A DNA stretch of 39,285 nucleotides. Source: Promethearchaeota archaeon. Its GTDB lineage: Archaea; Asgardarchaeota; Lokiarchaeia; Sigyniarchaeales; SOKP01. The translations under genes and the position numbers were made by a program. Positions 26,728 through 34,744 of this stretch are shown here, piece by piece. The notes beneath the pieces are model-generated. The model was not told the origin of the DNA. It worked only from the letters and a program-made list of their open reading frames with translations, and did not search any database. The DNA lies in assembly GCA_011364975.1 (NCBI GenBank), contig RDOE01000027.1, positions 1-39,285 on the forward strand, given 5' to 3'. Within the stretch, counting starts at the first letter, position 1, and every line of letters begins with the position of its first letter.

Positions 26728-27147
26728 TTAAAGAAAAGCAAGGAATGTATGAATAAATATTGTAGCTATCATAAATAATAAGAAGTAAATACCTAAACCT
26801 GGTTTGATTATATTTTTCCAATTCCATTCTTCTTTATTATATTCATACTTTAAGATATACTTATTTACAATGAAAGGTGTCAAAAACCAAAATACAAGCA
26901 TCCATAAGAATAACCACCATCCAAACAATCCAAATATTAATCTTCCAATAATACCACTTAAAATGCCTGTAATTGCTCTTATCCAATATAGTTTAGTCTC
27001 TTTTTCCAATCTAATATCTATCTTTTTTGTTGACTTTTTATCTGGTTGAAGATCTTGTTTCTGAAGTTGTTTTCTTTTTTCTTTTAGTAGCTTCTGTCTT
27101 TCTCGCTTTATATTAATTCTCTTAGGTCGCTTTTCTTTTTTAACCAT
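26728..27147 (-). CDS. EMC6/Rab5IP-like three-TM membrane protein
   Basis: LYWIRAITGILSGIIG..FGLFGW..F, then W..II..GLGIYFLLFMIA..FIHT, which is the EMC6/OPTI-like pattern; basic N-terminal tail. Confidence 0.65.
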   Translation of the reverse strand: MVKKEKRPKRINIKRERQKLLKEKRKQLQKQDLQPDKKSTKKIDIRLEKETKLYWIRAITGILSGIIGRLIFGLFGWWLFLWMLVFWFLTPFIVNKYILKYEYNKEEWNWKNIIKPGLGIYFLLFMIATIFIHTFLAFL

Positions 27148-27238
27148 AATTAGTATTATAAATATTATTTATTATAAAAATCATTATATTACATAGTTTG
27201 AAGAAAATAACTAATTTTATTCGTGATTTGAATTAAGG

Positions 27239-29296
27239 ATGGAAAAAATAACCAAATTCTCAAATTTTGATGTTTTTATAATAGTAAAGGAATTAGATAA
27301 AATATTAACTAATGGTAGGGTTAATAATGTATATCAGATAGATGATTTGATAATTTTAAAAATCAATACTCTTTCTAATGAAACAAAAAATTTGATTATT
27401 AAAAATGACTCTCGAATAAATATAACGAATTATGATTACCCAATTCCAAAATTTCCCAGTCAATATATTCTCTCATTAAGGAAATTCCTTAGAAATAGAA
27501 AAATCTTAAAAATTTATCAATATAATTTTGATAGAATCATAGTTTTCGAGTTAACTGATATTACAGGTGTCCCTTGGAATTTTATAATAGAATTATTTAA
27601 TAAAGGGAATTTTATCCTTTTAGATGATAATAACTTTATAAAGGTTGCAAAAAGTTATAAAAAGTATAAAGATAGAGATGTTTTAGCTAATAAAGAATAT
27701 GAATTTCCTAAAATTAAGGGAAATAATCTCTTAAATATTGATAAAGATGATTTTGACAAAATTATTATAAATTCTAAGGAAGAAATTATCAGAATCATAG
27801 CCCGTAATGTCAATATTTCGGGATTATATAGTGAAGAGGTCTGTTTCCGTGCAAATTTAGATAAAAATCGAATTGGAGAATCTCTAAATGAAATAGAAAG
27901 GGATTTATTATTTAAAGCTCTTAAGAGTTTGAGAAATCAATTGATGTTTGGGGATATAAATGCTCAAATCGTTAAAAATGATGATGGAGAAGAGCTTATT
28001 TTCATACCCTTTAAATTAGAGATATTAAAAAATTATCAATCTCAGGATTATAAATCTTTCAATGAAGCCGTTGATAATTATTTTTCAAAATTAGATTATC
28101 AACAATTAGAGAAACCTAAAGAAAAAAAGATACATCAAGAAATTAATAAATTTGAAAAAGTTTTAAAAAGTCAAGAAGAATATTTGGATGAGCTTAGAAA
28201 GAAAAAGGAAAATTACTATCGATATGGAGATTATATTTATAACAATTTTCATTCACTACAGAAACTTCTTAATGTAATCTTAGACGCAAAATCAAAGGGA
28301 TATAACTGGGAGGACATTAATACAAAATTATTAACCGCTAAAAAAAATAATTATGAGGACTTAAAATCTTTTATTAGAATTGTTCCCTCTACAAGGCAAT
28401 TAGTAATAAGAATTAATTCTGATGAGATCCTTATAGATTTAAGTAAGTCAATTGGTGAAAATGCCAATAGGATTTACGAAAAAGGAAAAAGAGTAGATAA
28501 AAAGAGTAATGGGACCCTCCAAGCAATTCAAAAAACTAAAGAAATATTAGATAAGCTACAACGTAAAAAGGAAAATGAAATACAAGAAATATCTCAATTA
28601 ATTAAAAAACCAAAAAAAAAATGGTATGAAAGATTTCGTTGGTTTTACACATCTGATGGGTTTTTAGTAATCGGTGGGCGAGATGCTAGCTCAAATGAGA
28701 TAATTTATAAGAAACATATTGAACCAAACGATCTTGTATTTCATACTAATTTTCCCGGTTCTCCATTGGCAATAATTAAAAATCCAAATAATGAAACAAT
28801 TTCAGAAACATCAAAAAGAGAAACCGCAGATTTCGTTGCGAGTTACTCTCGTGCATGGAAGGAAAATTGGGGTGTTGTTGATATTTTTTACATAACTCCT
28901 GATCAAATTTCGAAAACACCCCCATCTGGAGAATTTTTACCAAAGGGTTCATTTATGATTTCAGGAAAAAAAAATATTATTAAAGATGCTAAAACAGAAT
29001 TAGCTATAAAATTAGAATTTGTGGAATTAAAACAAGATTCTACTGATGAATCTATTATTTTATACCCTATGCTTAAATATGGTCCTCCAAAGGCGATAAA
29101 GACCCAAAATAGAAATTACATCACACTAAAACCCTCAAAATCAGGGGAATCTAAAGGAAAGATGGCTAAAAAAATTAAAGACTTTTTCTATAAATCTTAT
29201 GAAGAGGAATTAAAAAAGTGGATTAATTTATTATCTTTAGATGAAATTATAATGATAATACCTTCTGGAAAAGCAATCTTAATCGAACCGAGGTAA
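27239..29296 (+). CDS. rqcH: Ribosome quality-control protein Rqc2/RqcH (NFACT family)
   Basis: FSNFDV, LRKFL...IYQYNFDRI, IIELFNKGNFIL, SFNEAVDNYF, ENANRIYEK.K, KWYERFRWF..SDGFLVIGGRDASSNE, SKTPPSGEFLPKGSFMI.GKKN. Confidence 0.95.
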   Translation: MEKITKFSNFDVFIIVKELDKILTNGRVNNVYQIDDLIILKINTLSNETKNLIIKNDSRINITNYDYPIPKFPSQYILSLRKFLRNRKILKIYQYNFDRIIVFELTDITGVPWNFIIELFNKGNFILLDDNNFIKVAKSYKKYKDRDVLANKEYEFPKIKGNNLLNIDKDDFDKIIINSKEEIIRIIARNVNISGLYSEEVCFRANLDKNRIGESLNEIERDLLFKALKSLRNQLMFGDINAQIVKNDDGEELIFIPFKLEILKNYQSQDYKSFNEAVDNYFSKLDYQQLEKPKEKKIHQEINKFEKVLKSQEEYLDELRKKKENYYRYGDYIYNNFHSLQKLLNVILDAKSKGYNWEDINTKLLTAKKNNYEDLKSFIRIVPSTRQLVIRINSDEILIDLSKSIGENANRIYEKGKRVDKKSNGTLQAIQKTKEILDKLQRKKENEIQEISQLIKKPKKKWYERFRWFYTSDGFLVIGGRDASSNEIIYKKHIEPNDLVFHTNFPGSPLAIIKNPNNETISETSKRETADFVASYSRAWKENWGVVDIFYITPDQISKTPPSGEFLPKGSFMISGKKNIIKDAKTELAIKLEFVELKQDSTDESIILYPMLKYGPPKAIKTQNRNYITLKPSKSGESKGKMAKKIKDFFYKSYEEELKKWINLLSLDEIIMIIPSGKAILIEPR

Positions 29297-29402
29297 ACTT
29301 TATTTTATATTTTCATAAATCTAGTATTGTGTATGTAGAATCACCAATCTTACTTAACTTTATCTCTATTGAATAATATAAAAATAAAAATTAATCTAAA
29401 CC

Positions 29403-29819
29403 CTAGTTTACTTGAACTAAATACATATAAATTACTAAAAAGACTAATCCTACCAAACTAAAAAATAGGACTAATGGATTTCTAAATCCTTGGATAAGAG
29501 AAATAGCAAAGACCACGATCACCAATTTAAAATCTAGAGGTTTACCCGTAAGTTCCTTATAATTACCAATGCTAACCATCATAAAAATAAAGAATAAAAG
29601 GATTAGAACAACCTTAAAAATGATATCAAAAATTTGAAAAACTAAATTATCATTAATAAAAATTATAATAATTTCACCATTAACTAAAATCGAAATAATT
29701 AGAAATAAGCCCCCAATTATTGCCGAAATAATAACAGATTTAAAGGCAAATTTATCGTTAAAATCTTGTTTTTCCTTATTATTTTGAATTAAATCATTCC
29801 CTTTTTTTATTTTTGACAT
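29403..29819 (-). CDS. Hypothetical membrane protein (about 4 TM)
   Basis: Four hydrophobic segments; starts 1 nt after the stop of the upstream gene. Confidence 0.8.
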   Translation of the reverse strand: MSKIKKGNDLIQNNKEKQDFNDKFAFKSVIISAIIGGLFLIISILVNGEIIIIFINDNLVFQIFDIIFKVVLILLFFIFMMVSIGNYKELTGKPLDFKLVIVVFAISLIQGFRNPLVLFFSLVGLVFLVIYMYLVQVN

Positions 29820-29820
29820 G

Positions 29821-30654
29821 TTATCTCTTTATCCTTTTTATTTCCTTTTTGAGTTGAGTTAATTTGTAAATATAATAGATATAGAAACCTCCTATTCCCC
29901 CAAAAATAATTATATTAAATGTTAGTAGGAGAATTTCTGTGATTGATAACGGTGGAATAAATGGTGGAAACTGTAATTCAATAATCACATCATTTTGAAC
30001 TGAAAATCCATCATAAGATACTTCAGAAGTACCAAAAACAATTTTGAAAGCTTTTCGTGCATATTGTCCGAAATTTAGGTAACTATCTTCGGTATTAGTT
30101 TCATTTTTCCTAATTGGGAGGGAAAATTCATATATAATGCTGTTTTCCTCTAATTTAGCAGCTCCATTCCCATCTTGAATCGAATCAGAATAAAAATTAT
30201 CGTTATCAATATAAAAATCTGTATAAAAGTAATCTCCACTACTTATATTATTGAATTGGACAATTTTTGCATCGATAAAATCTTCATGGTTTGTAGTATC
30301 ACTATCAGATATTAAAAAACCGACAAATTCATGAAAATATGCTGGCGAATTATGATCTTCTAATTCAAATTGAATACAAATAAATAAGTTATTTTCAGTT
30401 TGCAATATCCAAAGATCCAATCGTAAACCATTTTTTGGGTTTGTTAAATTTCGATATAAATATAATCCTTCTTTGACAGCGCCGTCCCATTCATTAACGC
30501 CGATATCAATAATTCCATCAATTTCAGGTGGATCACCATATTCGGCTTTTATCGAAAGAGGATCAGCTCTACATAATATTCCAAGAAATAGCCCTGTAAT
30601 TAATATTTGGGCTAATAAAATCAATGTTAATATCTTGATTTTCAATTTGTGCAA
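29821..30654 (-). CDS. Secreted, membrane-anchored CBM9/DOMON-like domain protein
   Basis: N-terminal signal peptide, PPEIDGIID...EWDGA, NLFICIQF, YEFSLPI, C-terminal TM helix with a basic tail. Confidence 0.65.
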   Translation of the reverse strand: MHKLKIKILTLILLAQILITGLFLGILCRADPLSIKAEYGDPPEIDGIIDIGVNEWDGAVKEGLYLYRNLTNPKNGLRLDLWILQTENNLFICIQFELEDHNSPAYFHEFVGFLISDSDTTNHEDFIDAKIVQFNNISSGDYFYTDFYIDNDNFYSDSIQDGNGAAKLEENSIIYEFSLPIRKNETNTEDSYLNFGQYARKAFKIVFGTSEVSYDGFSVQNDVIIELQFPPFIPPLSITEILLLTFNIIIFGGIGGFYIYYIYKLTQLKKEIKRIKR

Positions 30655-30851
30655 TATTCTATCGCCTTTTTTTTATCGATTGTCCAATTTAGCATTTATA
30701 AAATTATAAAATGGATAATTAAGATTTAATTTAATATTTTACCTTCAGTTTATTTTTCTTACTTAATTTTTGATCAAATATATTAATTTTATTTAGCAAA
30801 ATTAGTAAAAAAAAATCAGGTCTAATTAACACGAATAACTTCTATTTACAA

Positions 30852-31292
30852 TCAATTAGGAAGGAAGATTACACAATTAAACTTATTTATATAAGTAATA
30901 AGATAATTAATAAGTCGTCTAATGTCTCGTTTTGCTTCATCTTGATTGCTTTCATTAAAATCAGCAAATGCTTTGGGCCCGATAGCGACTAATGAACCAG
31001 ATAAATCTTTTTCTCTTTTAATAAAAAGCCAGAAAGGATTATCCTTTTCAGTATCTGTTATAATAAATAGCATCCATGCATTTAATGTCCAGTCTTCTTT
31101 ATCAGGACCAATTACTTCTCTTATACCATGAATAACATTGTATTTCTTGGTCATTTTTATTGCTTTTGCTAGTTGATTAAAGTATGTCCTTTTTATATTT
31201 AAATAACCATTAAAATAACGTTTTGCATCAAATAGCTCTAATTTTCTATTTATTTCATTTGAATATTCTAAGTTTATCTTCCATATGTCCAT
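30852..31292 (-). CDS. Hypothetical protein
   Basis: 146-aa ORF 8 nt downstream of the previous operon gene; no family recognised. Confidence 0.75.
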   Translation of the reverse strand: MDIWKINLEYSNEINRKLELFDAKRYFNGYLNIKRTYFNQLAKAIKMTKKYNVIHGIREVIGPDKEDWTLNAWMLFIITDTEKDNPFWLFIKREKDLSGSLVAIGPKAFADFNESNQDEAKRDIRRLINYLITYINKFNCVIFLPN

Positions 31293-31300
31293 ATAATGAC

Positions 31301-31744
31301 CTATTTATTAATTTTAAGAATTATTTCCTCTAATTTAATATCCTCGAATTTATTTTTATTTTTATCTAAAAGAGTTTTTAAATATTGATATTCCTCCTCT
31401 TCGAAGTTTAAATTTAAATAACATTCAAAAACTAAAATTTGTTTAATAGCAACTAATCCTGTAGAATGGATAATATCAAATTTTTTAATTTCTTGTGAAA
31501 ATATATCAATATCATTTCTTTCAAGATTATATCCTTTAAAAGAGAGTTTTAATATCTTGTTTTTGAAAATAGGGTAAATTGTTATTCTTATAAATTTCTT
31601 GGTTTCTAATTTTATGACCAAACAATACTCATTACGAGTTGATATATCTAAAGTATTAGGATGAAAATTAATTTCAAAAATGGATAAATCATCTACTTTT
31701 TTTATGCTCGCAGATGTGATGTATAATTTATTTAACTCATCCAT
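31301..31744 (-). CDS. Hypothetical protein, possible C-terminal ACT-like domain
   Basis: LKLSF..helix..DIIHSTGL...FECYL..helix..IKLEEI resembles a beta-alpha-beta-beta-alpha-beta fold; AGGAG SD. Confidence 0.7.
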   Translation of the reverse strand: MDELNKLYITSASIKKVDDLSIFEINFHPNTLDISTRNEYCLVIKLETKKFIRITIYPIFKNKILKLSFKGYNLERNDIDIFSQEIKKFDIIHSTGLVAIKQILVFECYLNLNFEEEEYQYLKTLLDKNKNKFEDIKLEEIILKINK

Positions 31745-31759
31745 TTTTATATCTCCTAT

Positions 31760-32119
31760 TTAATCATGAAATTTATCTTCTTTGTTTATAATAAAATTTT
31801 CCTTAATCTTTTTAATGCAACTTATTGTACCAGAAGTTTTTACCGGAGATAATATTATTCTCTTCCCTTCAATTTCTCTTATTAGGGTTAAAGCTGATAT
31901 TACTATTTCCTTTGTATTATGAGAAAATCGAATAATACCACACTTATGGTGAATATCCAGTTCAAGTAGCCACAACCCTACTTTGCTTGCTTCCTTCAGA
32001 CCAAAAAAGCGCCAAATTGCTTCCCAGATTGCTTTTAAGATTCCATTACCGGTAATTTTGAAATCATCTTTTAGAAGTAATTTAAACAATAAATATCTAT
32101 GGCGCTCTTTCTTAACCAT
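31760..32119 (-). CDS. rnp2: Ribonuclease P protein Pop5/Rpp14
   Basis: ERHRYLLF, IW..FG...AS..LWL, GIIR, V.SALTLI, TSGTI..IK. Confidence 0.92.
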   Translation of the reverse strand: MVKKERHRYLLFKLLLKDDFKITGNGILKAIWEAIWRFFGLKEASKVGLWLLELDIHHKCGIIRFSHNTKEIVISALTLIREIEGKRIILSPVKTSGTISCIKKIKENFIINKEDKFHD

Positions 32120-32167
32120 TACTTTAATCCTTTTTTAATTAATTCTACTCCTGTTTCAATAATCTTA

Positions 32168-32794
32168 TCATGCCTTTTTAGCTTTCTGGATAGGCATTCC
32201 TAATAAAGTATTACACACACTTATAAGCCCTCTAGGATGTCGAAAATCATACATATTTTCAAAATTTCCATTGATTATATAATTTGCTCTTAAATTCATG
32301 GCCATTTGAACTCCCCGATATAGCCTTCTTAAATTTTTTGATTGAATTGTTTCATTTTCCATCATAATCGGTGCTAAAGAAAATTCAATAAAAGAATTAT
32401 TTTGTTTTGTCAATGAAATAACTCCTGGACTAATTGTTTTTAATATATCAAATAATGAGTAACTTATAATATCCACCCTTGAATCCTTAGCAGCTTGAAT
32501 TTGGATTTGTTTGTCTAATGTTTCAATAGATAGTATTTCATTAGTAGTAGAATGTTGTGAGATCTTTAATTTAAACTCTTGTAAGCTTTTTGGTCTTAAA
32601 GAGGTACGAAAATAGATATTAATTTTACTTCTTTTTTCGATTATAGATTTTAAATCTGAAGTAAATTTGAAGTTTTCATTTTTTGATTCTAAAATAATAT
32701 TTTTAATTCCTAAATCTTCACAGAATCGCAATGTTTTTTCAATTTCTTCGAAATTATTGAAATCTACCTTTAATCTTGATTCAAAATATGACAA
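32168..32794 (-). CDS. rnp3: Ribonuclease P protein Rpp30, C-terminally truncated or frameshifted
   Basis: AAKDSRVDII, IEFSLAPI, YDFRHPRGL...LLGM. It lies directly upstream of Pop5, and the expected tail is found in another frame (32169-32119). Confidence 0.88.
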   Translation of the reverse strand: MSYFESRLKVDFNNFEEIEKTLRFCEDLGIKNIILESKNENFKFTSDLKSIIEKRSKINIYFRTSLRPKSLQEFKLKISQHSTTNEILSIETLDKQIQIQAAKDSRVDIISYSLFDILKTISPGVISLTKQNNSFIEFSLAPIMMENETIQSKNLRRLYRGVQMAMNLRANYIINGNFENMYDFRHPRGLISVCNTLLGMPIQKAKKA

Positions 32795-32921
32795 TCTTAT
32801 AAGAGCCTCTATTTTAAGAATTACATTACGCAGTTGTATATAAAGATTTATAAGTATTGATTAAATAAAAAAATTTTATTATAAAAGAATATTTTAATTG
32901 ATATAACTTTTCACATTATGA

Positions 32922-34220
32922 GTGGAACTCTTGACTAAGAAAAGAACTCTCTCAGAAATTAAAAAGAAAATTGAATTGGGAGCAGCTACAGTTATAAGTG
33001 TACAAGAATTCATCGATAGAATAAATAATGGCGAGAAAGTAGGATTTGAAGATATAGATATTGTCACAACTGCCACTAAGGGATTAATGAGTGGAATTAT
33101 GGGAATTTTTTCATTTAGATTATCACCTCCTAAAACCTTGAGAAAATTTACAAATATAACTATAAACGGTATTCAAGCGTTTCCAGGACCTTGTCCAAAT
33201 GAATATTTAGGAATTGCAGACTTAATTGTTTATGGTACTGCTCAGAGTAAAACACGTGTAAACTATTGTGGGGGCTCTCTTTTTAGAGAACTTGTAGAAG
33301 GTAAACCGGTTGAAATTATTGCTGAGAGTAGTGAAGGAGAAAAATTAGAACGGTTTTTAACCTTAGATGAGATGCAGTTTGCCAAATTGATGGGCACAAG
33401 ACAAGCCATCAAAAATTACAATGCGATGATAAATTGTGAGTCATACAACGTAGACACGATCTTCTCGTGTTTACCGTTTGAACCGAATAAAACACAAATC
33501 ACATTCTCTGGATGCGGAGCACTTAATCCATTTCAAAATGATCCTAATTTTGAATCGTTAGGTGTTGGTACGCCTCTATTAGTTAATGGGAGTCTTGGTT
33601 ACTTAATGGGACCAGGGACTCGCAATTACATAGAAAAACCCAACATGATGACTATTGCGCCTATGAAAGGGATGAAACCCGAATATTTAGGTGCTTTTAG
33701 AACCTCTTATGGATTAGAACCAATCTGTAGTCTCGCGATTCCAATTCCAATTCTAAATGAAAGAATTTTTAAAAATATTGTAAAATCAGATAAAGATGTA
33801 CCTTTAACTATTTTAAGCCTTGTAGGTAGAGAAAAAGTAGGAGAGATCACTTATAATGATGTATGGGATAACAACTTTGCAATGAAATTTAATTCAGAAG
33901 CCTGTAAAGCATGTAAAGAGTGTAAAGTTGAAAATGTATGCCCAACTAATGCTTTTATATTCAAAAATGATAAAGTTATAGCAATAGATAGAACTAGATG
34001 CTTTAATTGTGGAAGTTGTGTTCGAATATGTCCTAAAGCATTTAAATTAGATATGAAAAATATACAATTCGAGGGTAAATTATTACCAATTGTTTTACGT
34101 CAATCTGATAGATACGGTGCTATTAAATTAGCCGAAGAATTAAAAACAATGATTTTAAAAGGAGAATTTCCATTAAAAGAACCTACAGGACCTCTGGATT
34201 TTTCTCAATCGATTAAATAA
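32922..34220 (+). CDS. DUF39-family metalloprotein with a C-terminal 2x[4Fe-4S] ferredoxin domain (methanogenesis marker 16-like; homocysteine-synthesis sulfurtransferase-related)
   Basis: RTLSEI..KI..G.A.V, DIVTTAT.GLMSG, GPCPNE.LG..DL, FSGCG.LNP.QNDP, CKACKEC...CP and CFNCGSC..CP, RQSDR..A..LA.ELK. Confidence 0.85.
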   Translation: MELLTKKRTLSEIKKKIELGAATVISVQEFIDRINNGEKVGFEDIDIVTTATKGLMSGIMGIFSFRLSPPKTLRKFTNITINGIQAFPGPCPNEYLGIADLIVYGTAQSKTRVNYCGGSLFRELVEGKPVEIIAESSEGEKLERFLTLDEMQFAKLMGTRQAIKNYNAMINCESYNVDTIFSCLPFEPNKTQITFSGCGALNPFQNDPNFESLGVGTPLLVNGSLGYLMGPGTRNYIEKPNMMTIAPMKGMKPEYLGAFRTSYGLEPICSLAIPIPILNERIFKNIVKSDKDVPLTILSLVGREKVGEITYNDVWDNNFAMKFNSEACKACKECKVENVCPTNAFIFKNDKVIAIDRTRCFNCGSCVRICPKAFKLDMKNIQFEGKLLPIVLRQSDRYGAIKLAEELKTMILKGEFPLKEPTGPLDFSQSIK

Positions 34221-34245
34221 TTTTCTTTTTTGAGGTAAACTACAA

Positions 34246-34689
34246 ATGTCGGCCTTGAAAATAGATAAATTTGACCAAATCGGAATCCTTGTTAAGGATA
34301 TAGAAAAAGCAGCTGATTTTTACAAAAAGTATTTCAACTTTAAAGGACCTATCAATGTAGTTGAACAGTGGTCAGATGTGGAGTATAAAGGTAAAAAGAT
34401 ACGATTTAAGATGAAAAAGATAATGCAAACAATAAATAATATACAATTTGAAGTCGTAGAACTGTTAGAATCAACAGGCGATCATTTATACTCAGAGTTT
34501 CTAATTGAGGGAAATGAAGGATTGCATCATTTGGGTCTTTATACAAAAAATGCTGAAGAGATTATAAAAGAATTTAAAAATAATTATAATATTGACGTGA
34601 TTCAAACCGGGAAGGCTGGAAAAGTAAATTTCTTCTATCTAAATACGAAAAAGCTCTTAGGTTATTATCTTGAATTAATTTCATTTTAA
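34246..34689 (+). CDS. VOC family protein (methylmalonyl-CoA epimerase/glyoxalase-like)
   Basis: DQIGILVKDIEKA..FY, QFEVVE, EFL...EGLHHLG, YLELI. Confidence 0.85.
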   Translation: MSALKIDKFDQIGILVKDIEKAADFYKKYFNFKGPINVVEQWSDVEYKGKKIRFKMKKIMQTINNIQFEVVELLESTGDHLYSEFLIEGNEGLHHLGLYTKNAEEIIKEFKNNYNIDVIQTGKAGKVNFFYLNTKKLLGYYLELISF

Positions 34690-34744
34690 TTCTACTTAAA
34701 TTTTTTTAAGAAACTTTTTTTTAGATTCCAAATTTGATTTAACT

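Noticed and set aside
32165-32170. Selenocysteine or readthrough at the Rpp30 TGA
   Set aside because: The TGA is immediately followed by an in-frame TAA, and the missing tail lies in a different frame.
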